Origin: Verrucomicrobiales bacterium
Lineage (GTDB): Bacteria > Verrucomicrobiota > Verrucomicrobiia > Limisphaerales > J093
Direction of reading: 5' to 3'
DNA: 64,000 bases
NCBI GenBank assembly: GCA_015075445.1
Contig: JABTUJ010000001.1
Coordinates: forward strand, 167,059-231,058
A program made the position numbers and the translations under genes. The notes beneath the pieces are model-generated. The model saw nothing but the letters and a program-made list of their open reading frames with translations. It was not told the origin of the DNA and searched no databases. This document shows positions 51,613 through 61,233 of this stretch, piece after piece (the stretch's first letter is position 1; each line of letters starts with the position of its first letter).

Positions 51613-53304
51613 ATGGACTGGCTGGAACAACTCTTCGCCAAGTACCCGGAGCTGGCGGTCTACCTGTCCCTCGGGATGGGTTTCTGGGTCGGCGGCCGGA
51701 CCTTCCGCGGCTTCAGCCTCGGGGGGGTGACGGGCTCGCTGCTGGCAGGCATCGTCCTCGGGTATCTCTTCGAAGTACCGGTCTCGGGGGCGGCCAAGTC
51801 GGTCGTGTTCCTGCTCTTCATGTTCGGGATCGGCTACAGCGTCGGGCCGCAGTTCTTCAAGGCGATGCGGGGGGACGGCTGGCGCTTCGCGGTGCTCGCC
51901 GTCTTCATGCCCGTGGTGGGATTGCTGGTGACCTACGTCGTCGCCCGCATCCTGCAGCTTGATGCCGGCTTTGCCGGTGGGTTGCTTTCGGGGGCGCTGA
52001 CCCAGTCGCCGGCGATGGGCACGGCGAGTGACGCGATCCAATCGCTCGCGCTGCCCGACGACGTGAAGCAGCGACTGGTCGGTCACGTGGCGGTGGGGGA
52101 CGCGCTGTGCTACGTGTTCGGCGCGTTTGGCGTCATCTATTGCTGCACGGTGCTGGGTCCGAAACTGCTCGGCATCGACCTCCCCAGCGAGGCCGCGAAG
52201 CTCGAGGCGGCGTACGGCATCAAACGCACCAAGCAGGGCGTGGTCTCGGCGTGGCGGGCCTTCGAACTCCGCGCCTACCGCCTGCCTCCCGCCTCCCGTG
52301 CGGCGGGCCGCACCGTGGCGGAAGCCGAGCAACTGGTGCCCAACGCCCGCGTGTTCGTTCAGCGCCTCCGCCGCGACCGGGAACTGATTGAAGCGGCGCC
52401 GCAGACCGTCCTGCAGGCGGGCGATGTCGTGGCCGTCATCGGCCGGCGGGAGGTGCTGGTGGAGATCCTCGGCGCCCAGCTCCAGGAACTCGAAGACCGC
52501 GAGTTGCTCGATCTGCCGGCGGCTTCCTTCGACGTGTTCGTGAGCGCCAAAGATCTGGTGGGCCGCCCCCTCGAGGACCTGGCGCGCGACGACACCCTGC
52601 GGAGTGTGTTCCTGCGGCGGCTCACGCGGGGTGGCCTCGACATCCCGATTGGCACCCGGACGGTCCTGGAGCGGGGTGACGTCGTGACTCTCGTTGGGCC
52701 CGAGGCTGCCGTCGAGCGGGTGGCCCCGAGGTTCGGCCGCACGGTTCGTCCCACCGAAGTGACCGACTTTGTGGCGGTGGGCTTGGCGATCTGCGCCGGT
52801 GCCCTGGTGGGGGCCGCGCTCGCGTTCGAGGTCGGTTCCGTGAAGCTCGCGCTGGGCACCACCGTGGGAACCCTCCTGGCGGGCATCGGAACCGGCTACC
52901 TTCGCTCCGTGCGGCCGCTCTTCGGGCGGGTGCCTGACGGCGCGGTCGCCTTCATGCAGACCTACGGGTTGGCGGCGTTTGTGGCGATGGTGGGCCTGGG
53001 GGCCGGACCCCATTTCCTTCCCGCGGTCAAAGAGGCCGGGTTGGGCCTGCTGGTGGGGGGCGTGTTCGTGACCCTGATCCCGCCGATTGCCGGGCTGTAC
53101 TTCGGTCGCTACGTGCTGCGGGTGAATCCGCTCCTGCTCCTGGGCGGCCTCTCCGGGGCGCAGACGTTCACGGCGGGGCTCGCCGCGGTCCAGGAGAAAT
53201 CCGGCAGCCCGATCGCCGTGCTGGGTTACTCCGGTGCCGTGCCGGTCGCTCAAGTCCTCCTGACCACGTGGGGGACGGTCATCGTCCTGTTGCTGTCGCG
53301 GTGA
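51613..53304 (+). CDS. AspT/YidE/YbjL-family transporter, paralog 2
   Basis: ORF 51517..53304 trimmed to ATG 51613. MDWLEQLFAKYPELAVYLSLGMGFWVGGRTFRGFSLGG. Same two-half plus two RCK_C-like architecture (…VFVQRLRRDRELI...AGDVVAVIG; ...FLRRLTRGGLDIP...RGDVVTLVG). Starts 11 nt after paralog 1. Confidence 0.8.
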   Translation: MDWLEQLFAKYPELAVYLSLGMGFWVGGRTFRGFSLGGVTGSLLAGIVLGYLFEVPVSGAAKSVVFLLFMFGIGYSVGPQFFKAMRGDGWRFAVLAVFMPVVGLLVTYVVARILQLDAGFAGGLLSGALTQSPAMGTASDAIQSLALPDDVKQRLVGHVAVGDALCYVFGAFGVIYCCTVLGPKLLGIDLPSEAAKLEAAYGIKRTKQGVVSAWRAFELRAYRLPPASRAAGRTVAEAEQLVPNARVFVQRLRRDRELIEAAPQTVLQAGDVVAVIGRREVLVEILGAQLQELEDRELLDLPAASFDVFVSAKDLVGRPLEDLARDDTLRSVFLRRLTRGGLDIPIGTRTVLERGDVVTLVGPEAAVERVAPRFGRTVRPTEVTDFVAVGLAICAGALVGAALAFEVGSVKLALGTTVGTLLAGIGTGYLRSVRPLFGRVPDGAVAFMQTYGLAAFVAMVGLGAGPHFLPAVKEAGLGLLVGGVFVTLIPPIAGLYFGRYVLRVNPLLLLGGLSGAQTFTAGLAAVQEKSGSPIAVLGYSGAVPVAQVLLTTWGTVIVLLLSR

Positions 53305-53403
53305 CGACCCATGCCAGGCGCCCGTCGCCAAACCCCCGGTGGACCCGCCACTCTCCCTTCCTGAACCGAAGCCAATCACACAGAGAAACACACTCGAGCC
53401 ACT

Positions 53404-54888
53404 ATGAAAACGCACTCGTCCCTGAGATCTCTCGCGCTGGCGGGCGCCGTTCTGGCTGCCGGTCTGCCCGGGCACACACAGGCTCCGGACACGGCCGAGT
53501 TGGAGCAGCTCAAGTCGACGGTCAAGGCGATGGAGCAAACTCTCCAGGAAATGAACCGGAAGATCGCCGAGCTGGAGAAGCAGACCCAGCCGGCTCCCCC
53601 CCCGGTCCAGCCGGTGGCACCGGCGCCAGCCCCTCCGACCATCCCGCCCGCCACGCACCCGGGTGCCGACCTCCCCACCCGGGCGCAGCCGCCGGCCGAT
53701 GAGCTGGCCGACGGCACCACCCAGATTCCCTATCGGGATAGCATGAAGGAGGAAGACCTGGCTGCGCCGCGTCCCGGCAATGCTCCGCTCGACCCGACCT
53801 ATCAGGGGTTCATGCAACTGTTCGGCACCAAGACCTGGGTCAAGCTCGGGGGCTATGCCAAGTTGGATGCCATCGCGGACTCCACCCGGGTGGGCAACCC
53901 GAACATGTTCATCACTTCGAAGATCCCGGTCGAAGGGGAGCCGGACTACGGCAAGGGCGAGCACTTCGCGTTGCATGCCAAGCAGACCCGCTTGAACCTG
54001 GAACTCCGTTCGCCGACTCCGCTGGGCGCCTTGAAGATCTACTACGAGAACGACTTCTTCGGGAACAACACCGAGCCCTCGATGGACTACCGGCTCCGCC
54101 ACTTCTACGGCCAGCTCGCCAACCTCACCGTGGGACAGACCTGGAGCACCTTCTATGACCCGGATGTGAACCCCGACACGCTCGACTTCGAAGGGCCCGG
54201 TGTTCTGCCCGTCCTCCGCCAACCTGAAGTCCGCTACACCATCCCGATCCTGAAGAACGCCATGTACACGGCGCTCGCGATCGAGCAGCCCAAAAGCGAT
54301 CTGGGCAACCTCCCCGCGGGTGCCGATGGACGGAACACGATGCCCGACTTCGCCGGCCATTGGCGCTGGGAAGGCAAGCCGGGTCATGTGCAGGTGGGCG
54401 GCCTGCTCCGCAGCCTCTCCTTCGACCACAGCACCGGACCCGACGATTCTGCCATGGGGTGGGGCGTGAACCTCTCCGGCGGGCTGAAGACCTTCGGGGA
54501 GGACCAGATCATCACCAGCTTCAGTTACGGCGACGGCATCGGCCGCTACATCCAGGATCTGCCCAGCGGTAGCGCCGGCGTCGTGGATGCCGCGGGAGAC
54601 CTGCACCTGCTCACCGCCTGGGGGGCCATGGTCGGCTACCGCCGCCAGTGGAGCGAGAAGTGGCGCTCCACGCTCAGCTACAGCTACGTGACCTCGGATG
54701 GTCGGCCGGAACAGGGCGACTTCGCCTATGATCAGACCCAGTACGCCCAGGCCAACCTCGTCTGGTCTCCCACGAAGAACTTCTATCTGGGGCTCGAGTA
54801 CCTCTACGGCTTCAAGGAAGCGCAGAACGGGAGCAGCGGAGACGATCATCGCGTCCAGCTCAGCTTCCAGTACAAGCTCATCCGGTAA
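53404..54888 (+). CDS. outer-membrane porin with N-terminal coiled coil (DcaP-like)
   Basis: Signal MKTHSSLRSLALAGAVLAAGLPGHTQA. Coiled coil ELEQLKSTVKAMEQTLQEMNRKIAELEKQ, then a Pro-rich linker, then about 380 aa with alternating beta-strand-like pattern rich in Y/F/W/G and a terminal LSFQYKLIR. Confidence 0.55.
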   Translation: MKTHSSLRSLALAGAVLAAGLPGHTQAPDTAELEQLKSTVKAMEQTLQEMNRKIAELEKQTQPAPPPVQPVAPAPAPPTIPPATHPGADLPTRAQPPADELADGTTQIPYRDSMKEEDLAAPRPGNAPLDPTYQGFMQLFGTKTWVKLGGYAKLDAIADSTRVGNPNMFITSKIPVEGEPDYGKGEHFALHAKQTRLNLELRSPTPLGALKIYYENDFFGNNTEPSMDYRLRHFYGQLANLTVGQTWSTFYDPDVNPDTLDFEGPGVLPVLRQPEVRYTIPILKNAMYTALAIEQPKSDLGNLPAGADGRNTMPDFAGHWRWEGKPGHVQVGGLLRSLSFDHSTGPDDSAMGWGVNLSGGLKTFGEDQIITSFSYGDGIGRYIQDLPSGSAGVVDAAGDLHLLTAWGAMVGYRRQWSEKWRSTLSYSYVTSDGRPEQGDFAYDQTQYAQANLVWSPTKNFYLGLEYLYGFKEAQNGSSGDDHRVQLSFQYKLIR

Positions 54889-54894
54889 CCCCCG

Positions 54895-54940
54895 CCCCTC
54901 CGCCATCCGGCCGCCGCGCCCCGGCGGAGGGGTGTCGTCA
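54895..54940 (+). terminator. possible intrinsic terminator after the porin gene
   Basis: CCCCTCCGCC (54895-54904) pairs with GGCGGAGGGG (54923-54932), followed by TGTCGTC. The loop is long (18 nt) and the U-tract is weak. Confidence 0.25.
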
Positions 54941-54962
54941 CCGCGCCCGCAATCTGCGCTCC

Positions 54963-55715
54963 ATGCTTCAGGGTCAGTTCACTCTGCCGATCCAGATCGA
55001 CCTGGTCGCCACCTTCCTGTTCGCCCTGACGGGTGCGTTGGCGGCGTTGCGGCGCGGCTACGATGTGGTGGGGTTGTTCGCGTTGGCCTTCGTCACGGGC
55101 GTGGGAGGCGGGCTGATTCGCGACGGCCTCTTCATCCAGCAGGGCCCGCCGGCCGTGACCTCGGATTCGCGGTACATCTTGGTCGTCCTGCTGGCGGGCT
55201 GCGTGGCCTTCCTGTTCCGGGAGCGGATCATCGGTCTGAACCGGGTGATTGCCTGGCTCGACACGCTGGGCGTGCGGACCCACCTCTTCCGGGACCAGCT
55301 CAACCGGTTCAACAAGGGGATCGCCTGGCTGGATGCGCTGGGCCTGGGCGCTTACGCGGTCGTGGGCGTGCAGAAGTCGTTGAACGCAGGCCTGAGCATC
55401 GCCGCGGCCGTGCTGGTGGGGGTGATCAACGCATCGGGGGGCGGGTTGTTGCGTGACGTCCTGGTGCGGGACGAACCGCTGCTCTTCAAGCCGGGCCAGT
55501 TCTATGTGCTGGCGGGGTTCGCCGGCTGCCTGCTGTTCGCGGTGCTCGCGGTGCACTTCCAACTCGAGGCCACCCCGGCCGCGTTCATCGGCATTCTCGT
55601 GACGTTCGTGCTCCGCGTGCTGGCCATCCAGTTCAACTGGGTGTCACCCCCCCTGTGGCGCGGACCCGCCTCAGCCCCGCCCGCGAACGAGTGTCCGCCC
55701 CCGCCGGCGGCCTGA
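54963..55715 (+). CDS. TRIC-type (UPF0126/YadS-like) cation channel family membrane protein
   Basis: Two internal repeats, each with the glycine motif: FVTGVGGGLIRDGLF and VINASGGGLLRDVLV. About 7 hydrophobic segments. Confidence 0.7.
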   Translation: MLQGQFTLPIQIDLVATFLFALTGALAALRRGYDVVGLFALAFVTGVGGGLIRDGLFIQQGPPAVTSDSRYILVVLLAGCVAFLFRERIIGLNRVIAWLDTLGVRTHLFRDQLNRFNKGIAWLDALGLGAYAVVGVQKSLNAGLSIAAAVLVGVINASGGGLLRDVLVRDEPLLFKPGQFYVLAGFAGCLLFAVLAVHFQLEATPAAFIGILVTFVLRVLAIQFNWVSPPLWRGPASAPPANECPPPPAA

Positions 55716-55786
55716 TGCGGGCGGGCACCCCCCCGGGGCCGGCTCGGGTGGGGGCGCCCGGATGCCCGGGGTTTTGCGGGGCGCCT

Positions 55787-55814
55787 CCTCGTAGTTTTGC
55801 GAGGTCACAGCGCG
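55787..55814 (+). promoter_or_regulatory. conserved 23-nt motif CGTAGTTTTGCGAGGTCACAGCG (site 2), about 155 nt upstream of the next gene
   Basis: See 46936-46962. The only two occurrences I found in the window. Confidence 0.3.
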
Positions 55815-55966
55815 AGATCCGACGTCCAGAATCCGACCTGTGATTCACGTCAACCCGACTGCTCTCCCGGCCGTCGGCAGGGTTGCCGGCGCTGGGGACG
55901 CCCTGTGCCTCGTCGTGCGGCACGCGGTCTTGCTTCGCTGAAACGCAGCTAACTCTGACTGAAACC

Positions 55967-56311
55967 ATGAAGGCTTCCTTGAATCCGAAATCACGCCTTT
56001 TGACCCTGGCCCTGTTGGTCACCGGCCTGGCCTGCTCGGCCTGGGCCGAGTCCAAGAACAAACTGGATGCCCGCGTCCGGGATCTGACCGACAACACCCC
56101 CGTCCTGGTCTATAGCGACACTCGCGGCGTCTTCGGCGGTGCGGCGCTCGAGACCGGCGGGCTCTTCCCGGATGGCGGTGACAACAAGAATTACTACGGC
56201 GAGGAATTCACCATGAGCGAGATCCTGGTCGGTGGCAAAGTCGAGCCCACCGAGGCGGCCACTCTGCTCGCCCAGAAGATCGAGCACTACGCCAAGCCGC
56301 AGGCCAAGTAG
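55967..56311 (+). CDS. small secreted protein, SYLF/Ysc84-like C-terminal fragment-like
   Basis: ORF 55883..56311 trimmed to ATG 55967. Signal SRLLTLALLVTGLACSAWA. ...VLVYSDTRGVFGGAALETGGLFPDGGDNKNYYG...ILVGGKVEP resembles the C-terminal half of SYLF domains. Much shorter than a full domain. Confidence 0.35.
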   Translation: MKASLNPKSRLLTLALLVTGLACSAWAESKNKLDARVRDLTDNTPVLVYSDTRGVFGGAALETGGLFPDGGDNKNYYGEEFTMSEILVGGKVEPTEAATLLAQKIEHYAKPQAK

Positions 56312-56336
56312 TCCCCGGCTTTGTCTTCGCCCGGCC

Positions 56337-56768
56337 ATGAGCCAAGGAAGCGTCAAGTGCGTGCTGCTGGCCGACCGACATCATGGCCTGTGCGAAGGGG
56401 TGCGCAGCCTGCTCGAGACGGTGTTCGAGGCGGTGGTGATGGTGGCCGACGAGAAATCCCTGCTCGAGAGCGCCCGCTGCCTCCAGCCGACCCTGGCGGT
56501 GGTCGACCTCTCGATCACGCGCCACGATGGCCTGCGGTGGCTCCGGCGGTTGCGCGAGCGGTGTCCCGCGGTGCGGATTCTGGTGCTCAGCGTCCACGAC
56601 GAGTCCAGCGTCTGCCAGGCCGTGATGGAGGCGGGGGCGGATGGATTCATCCTCAAACGCGCCCTCGCCACCGAACTCTTGCCCGCCGTGGACACGGTCC
56701 TCGCGGGAAGCCACTATGTCCCGGCCTGCGTCGCTCAAGCTGGCGCGCCCCCCCGGCCCGCCGCATGA
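56337..56768 (+). CDS. stand-alone response-regulator receiver domain protein
   Basis: ORF 56232..56768 trimmed to ATG 56337. VLLADRHHG (DR in place of the usual DD pocket), AVVDLSI (phospho-acceptor Asp), ILVLSVH, GADGFILK (conserved Lys). No output domain. Confidence 0.7.
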   Translation: MSQGSVKCVLLADRHHGLCEGVRSLLETVFEAVVMVADEKSLLESARCLQPTLAVVDLSITRHDGLRWLRRLRERCPAVRILVLSVHDESSVCQAVMEAGADGFILKRALATELLPAVDTVLAGSHYVPACVAQAGAPPRPAA

Positions 56769-56790
56769 GCCCGCCGTAATCACTTCGCGC

Positions 56791-57303
56791 ATGAAACCAC
56801 ATTCTCGATCCCTCCTTACTCCCGCCGGCTGGCGAAGCCGCTGGCGGGCGGTGTTCCTGCTGCCGCTGCTGCTGTGGCCCGCCTCCGCCCAGGCGTCGAT
56901 GTTCAAAGGCGAAGCTCTGGACAAGCTGGCCGACGTCCTGACTTGGGTCGTGCTGATCGTGGCGCCGGTGGTGGGCATCGCCGTCTTTCTCCTCGTTCAC
57001 ATCCTCCCGGAGAAGATCGCGGAGAAGAAGCAACATCCCCAGGCCAAGGCCATCCAATGCCTCTGTCTCCTGTCGCTGGTCTTTGGCGGTATCCTCTGGC
57101 CCCTGGCCTGGCTATGGGCCTATACCCGGCCCGTCCTGCACAAGCTCGCCTACGGCACGGACCAGGTAGCGCATGGCCACGACGAGGCCAAGCCGCCCAA
57201 GGCAACGGCCGAAGCGGAGGAGCTGCAACAGCTTCGCCAGCGCCTCGCGGAACTGGAAGCCAAACGGGCGGGAACGCCCGCCCCTGAAAGAGGAAAGGCC
57301 TGA
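56791..57303 (+). CDS. DUF3302-like inner-membrane protein (YiaW-like)
   Basis: ORF 56641..57303 trimmed to ATG 56791. LTWVVLIVAPVVGIAVFLLVHILPEKIAEKKQHPQAKAIQCLCLLSLVFGGILWPLAWLWAY matches the DUF3302 pattern. Positioned directly upstream of a HlyD-family gene, as in yiaW-yiaV. Confidence 0.6.
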   Translation: MKPHSRSLLTPAGWRSRWRAVFLLPLLLWPASAQASMFKGEALDKLADVLTWVVLIVAPVVGIAVFLLVHILPEKIAEKKQHPQAKAIQCLCLLSLVFGGILWPLAWLWAYTRPVLHKLAYGTDQVAHGHDEAKPPKATAEAEELQQLRQRLAELEAKRAGTPAPERGKA

Positions 57304-57306
57304 CCC

Positions 57307-58488
57307 ATGGAAATCCTGCTGCTCGGCATTTACGCCTTCTTCGTCTGGCTGATCTTCTTCAAGTTCCGCTGGCTGCCCTGGAACTTCATCAGCCAGGTCA
57401 TCGTCATCGTCCTCCCCATCCTCGGGCTGACGGTGCTGATTCTCCTGCTCAACATCGTCGCGCCCTCCTCCCATGATGTGCGCGTGGTGAATTACGTGGT
57501 GCCCATCAACCCGCCGGTCCGCGGGCTGGTCACCGAGGTCCCCATCGAGCCCAACCGCCCCATCAAGAAGGGCGACGTTCTCTTCAAGGTGGACTCCACC
57601 CCCTTCGAGATCGCCGTCCGCAACTACGAGGCCCAGATCACCCAGCTCCGTGCCCAACTGGTCAGCGCGGAAGCCAGCGCGCGCAACCGCCAGGAACAGT
57701 TGAACAGCGCCACGGGCCAGCGCGAAGCCATCGCCTCGCGCCTGCGCCTGGCGCAGCTCCGGCTGCGGCAATTCGAGGAACTCGCCAACACCGGGGCGGG
57801 CAACCGCTTCGATTTCGAGCAGGCCCAGGCCGACGTCGACAACCTCACCGCCCAACTGGCCTCGACCGTCGCTGCAGAAGCCCAAGCCCGCGAGACCCTC
57901 GCGGCCAAAACGCCCGAGGGCGAACCGGACGAGGTGGCCAACGTGAAGGCCCAGCTCGCCCGCGCCGAGGCGGAGCTGGCCAACGCCCGCTGGGAACTCA
58001 GCCAGACCACCTACCACGCCCCCGCGGACGGGACCGTCGTCGCCCTCACCCTGCGCCCGGGCGCGATGGCGGTCCCCCTGCCCATGACTCCCGCCATGAA
58101 CTTCATCGAGGACGAGCAGTGGATCCTCGCCATCTACCACCAGAACGAAGTCCGCAAGATCAAGCCCGGGCAGGAGGCCGAGGTGGCTTTCAAGATGTAC
58201 CCGGGCCGGGTGGTGAAGTGCAAGGTGGACTCGATCATGTGGGCCACCGCCCAGGGCCAATTGCCCATCGGCAGCGTCAACCCCAGCGGCGGCGTCGCGC
58301 CCATCCCTGCCCACAGCCTCGCCGTGCGCCTGCTCCCGGACGGGAAAGACAAGGACCTCTTCCTGGCCGCGGGAGCGCACGGGGCGGGAGCGGTCTTCAC
58401 CGACAGCGGCCATGCGATCCAGATCCTGCGCAAGGTCCTGGTGCGCGTGGGCGCCAAACTGGACTGGCTGATCCTCAAACTGCACTGA
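57307..58488 (+). CDS. HlyD-family membrane fusion protein (YiaV-like)
   Basis: N-terminal TM helices, lipoyl-like GLVTEVPIEPNRPIKKGDVLFKVD, long coiled coil, ...YHAPADGTVVALTLRPG. Confidence 0.8.
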   Translation: MEILLLGIYAFFVWLIFFKFRWLPWNFISQVIVIVLPILGLTVLILLLNIVAPSSHDVRVVNYVVPINPPVRGLVTEVPIEPNRPIKKGDVLFKVDSTPFEIAVRNYEAQITQLRAQLVSAEASARNRQEQLNSATGQREAIASRLRLAQLRLRQFEELANTGAGNRFDFEQAQADVDNLTAQLASTVAAEAQARETLAAKTPEGEPDEVANVKAQLARAEAELANARWELSQTTYHAPADGTVVALTLRPGAMAVPLPMTPAMNFIEDEQWILAIYHQNEVRKIKPGQEAEVAFKMYPGRVVKCKVDSIMWATAQGQLPIGSVNPSGGVAPIPAHSLAVRLLPDGKDKDLFLAAGAHGAGAVFTDSGHAIQILRKVLVRVGAKLDWLILKLH

Positions 58489-58489
58489 C

Positions 58490-59923
58490 GTGAACCGACC
58501 TTCCCTCAAGCTCCTGCTGGGAGTGCTGGCCGGCGTCGCCGCGCTTGTCGGATGCGCCACCAAGCCAGAGCCGACCCGGGCCGAAATACGGCAACCTGCT
58601 GGTGCGCTCACCAACGTGGCCCAACTCCCGGGCTGGAAAGCCGGGGGGGCCGCCGGCCCGATCCACGACCACTGGCTGGCCACGTTCGCCGACCCCCAGC
58701 TCGATGCGCTCGTGGCCGAGGCGATGACCAACAATCCCGACCTGCGGGTCGCCGCCGTCCGCGTCGAGCAGGCCGGCGAGTATGTCGAGCTGGCCCGGGC
58801 CGCGCTGCGTCCCGCCGTCAACCTCCTCGGCGTCGGGGGGTTCAACATGGGCGGCGGGGACATCAGCTCCGCCCTCCAGGGTGTCTCCCTCGGGGCTTCC
58901 TGGGAACCGGACCTCTGGGGTCGCATCCGCTATGGGCGCAACGCGGCGCAGGCAATCCACGCCTCGGCCCAGGCCGACTTCGAGTTCAGTCGCCAATCTC
59001 TGGCCGCCACCGTGGCCCGGACCTGGTTCGCTGCCACCGAAACCGCCCTCCAGCTCGGGCTCGCTGTGGAGATGGTGCAGGCGGCCGAGGACCTGGTTGC
59101 CCTGGCCGAGAACCGCCGCCAGGTGGGTGCCGGCACCGAGCAGGAAGTCGCGCTGGCCCGCGCCAAACGGCTCAACCTCCAGGACGCGGCCCGGCAAGTC
59201 GAACTGGCCCACACCCAGACGCTGCGGGCCCTCGAGTTGTTGCTGGGTCGCTACCCGGCCGCCGAGCTCGAGGCCCGACCGGATTTGGCCCCGCTCCCCG
59301 GCCCCATCCCCGCCGGTCTACCGCTGGAGTTGTTGGAGCGTCGTCCCGACCTCGTGGCTGCCGAGCGTCGTGTCGCGGCCGCTTTCAATCGGGTGGGCGA
59401 GGCGAAGGCTGCCCGCCTGCCCCGGATCATCCTCAACGCCAATGTCGCGGCCATCCAGAGCGACATTCTCCAGTTGAAAGACGACTTCTCGAATCCGACC
59501 GGCGGGGCCGGGGCCAAGCTGATCGCGCCGCTGTATCAAGGGGGCGCGCTGCAGACCCAGGTCCGGATTCGCACGCTCGAACAAAGAGAAGCCGCGGCGG
59601 AGTATGCCCGGATGGCCTGGCGCGCGCTCGGCGACGTCGAGAACAGCCTGGCCGCCAGCCAGACCCTCGAGGAACGCGAGTCGCTCCTCCGCCAGGCGGT
59701 GGCGGATCATGAGCGGGCTCTCACCTTGGCCCAGACCAGCTACCGCGTGGGCCAGGGGGATCAGCGCACGGTCCGCCAAAGACAGCTCGACCTCTCGGCG
59801 GCCCAGTTGGCACTGCTGCGAGTGCAGGGCGAGCAGCTCAGCCAGCGCGTGAACCTCCACCTCGCCCTGGGGGGAGGCTTTCAGCCGGCCGCGCCCATGC
59901 AGGCCAGCGCCACGAGACCATGA
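58490..59923 (+). CDS. efflux outer-membrane factor lipoprotein, NodT family
   Basis: Lipobox LAGVAALVGC. NPDLRVAAVRVEQA, SWEPDLWGRIR, and duplicated TolC-like repeats. GTG start 1 nt after the HlyD stop. Confidence 0.85.
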   Translation: MNRPSLKLLLGVLAGVAALVGCATKPEPTRAEIRQPAGALTNVAQLPGWKAGGAAGPIHDHWLATFADPQLDALVAEAMTNNPDLRVAAVRVEQAGEYVELARAALRPAVNLLGVGGFNMGGGDISSALQGVSLGASWEPDLWGRIRYGRNAAQAIHASAQADFEFSRQSLAATVARTWFAATETALQLGLAVEMVQAAEDLVALAENRRQVGAGTEQEVALARAKRLNLQDAARQVELAHTQTLRALELLLGRYPAAELEARPDLAPLPGPIPAGLPLELLERRPDLVAAERRVAAAFNRVGEAKAARLPRIILNANVAAIQSDILQLKDDFSNPTGGAGAKLIAPLYQGGALQTQVRIRTLEQREAAAEYARMAWRALGDVENSLAASQTLEERESLLRQAVADHERALTLAQTSYRVGQGDQRTVRQRQLDLSAAQLALLRVQGEQLSQRVNLHLALGGGFQPAAPMQASATRP

Positions 59924-60017
59924 AGCAGCCGCGCCCATACGTGTCCGTGATCTGGTAGTGCCTTTTCGTCGGGTTGCGCTAAGCTCCCCCGCGCCCGCAA
60001 GCCGCGGGAGCTAGACT

Positions 60018-61229
60018 ATGAACCCAGCGCCAACGTCACACCCAGCAACGCGGAGGACTCCACCCATGGGGAGGAGCTTGAGCCTTGCCCTGGCCGTGCT
60101 GGCGGCCGCGGGTGCCGGCTGCCGCAAGGCCGCGCCGCCTGCGTTGCCGCCTCCCATCGTTCAGGTGCTCGAGGTCACGGCGACCAACGTGCCGCGCTCG
60201 ATCGAGCTAATCGGCCAGCTCGACTCGCCGCAGAACGTCGAAGTCCGCGCCCGCGTCGAGGCCTTCGTGGACCAGATTCTGTTTGCCGAGGGCCGGGGGG
60301 TGCAGGAGGGCGATCCGCTGTTCGTCCTCGACCGGCGGCCCTTCGACGAGCAGCTCGCGGCCGCCAACGGGATGCTCGCGGAGGCCCGAGCAGCCTTGAA
60401 CAAGTACGAGAAGGACGTGGCCCGGCTCCGACCGCTGGCCGAAAAGAAGGCCATTCCGCAGCAGGATTTGGACAACGCGGTAGCCTCGGTGGCCGTGGGC
60501 GAGGCCAACGTCGCTTCCGCCCTGGCCCGCGTGAAATCGGCGGAACTGAACCTCGAGTATTGCGACGTGCGGGCGCCGACGACCGGGCTGATTGGTGCCA
60601 AACAGGTCTCGGTCGGCAGCCTGGTGGGCAAAGGAGAGCCCACGCTCCTGGCCACCATCTCGCGGCTCAATCCGATGTGGTTCTACTGCGCCATCAGCGA
60701 AGCCGATTACCTCCACGCCGAACGCACCGCCCGGGAAGCCGGCCGGCAGATGGGCGAGCTGCCCGTCACGCTGATTCTGGCAGACGGCTCCGAACACCCC
60801 GAGCCGGGCAAGTGGGTCTTCCTGGACCGCGCGGTCGACGCGGCCACCGGGACCATCCGGGCGCGGGCTGAGTTTTCCAATCCCGACGGACTCCTCCGTC
60901 CGGGCATGTTCGCGCGGGTCCGGGTGAGTCTGAAGACCGAGCAGGGCAATCTCCTGGTGCCGGAACGCGCGCTGGTGGAGTTGCAGGGCAAGTACTTCGT
61001 CTGGGTGATCGGGCCGGATAACAAGGCGGGGCAACGGCCCGTACGAGTGGCGCCCATGAGGATCCGCGGGAACGCCGTGGTCCTAGAAGGCCTTCAAGCC
61101 GGCGAGCGTATCGTCATCGAGGGGCTGCAAAAGGTGCGGGAAGGCACCGTCGTCGAGCCCAGGACGGCCGCGGAAATGGCTAAGGCCGCCGCCCCCGCTC
61201 CGACCTCGCCCCAACGCGAAAAGGAGTAG
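60018..61229 (+). CDS. RND efflux periplasmic adaptor subunit (AcrA/MexA-like)
   Basis: Lipoprotein-like LAVLAAAGAGC. VEVRARVEAFVDQILFAEGRGVQEGDPLFVLD, CDVRAPTTGLIG, GMFARVRV. Confidence 0.85.
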   Translation: MNPAPTSHPATRRTPPMGRSLSLALAVLAAAGAGCRKAAPPALPPPIVQVLEVTATNVPRSIELIGQLDSPQNVEVRARVEAFVDQILFAEGRGVQEGDPLFVLDRRPFDEQLAAANGMLAEARAALNKYEKDVARLRPLAEKKAIPQQDLDNAVASVAVGEANVASALARVKSAELNLEYCDVRAPTTGLIGAKQVSVGSLVGKGEPTLLATISRLNPMWFYCAISEADYLHAERTAREAGRQMGELPVTLILADGSEHPEPGKWVFLDRAVDAATGTIRARAEFSNPDGLLRPGMFARVRVSLKTEQGNLLVPERALVELQGKYFVWVIGPDNKAGQRPVRVAPMRIRGNAVVLEGLQAGERIVIEGLQKVREGTVVEPRTAAEMAKAAAPAPTSPQREKE

Positions 61230-61233
61230 CGCC

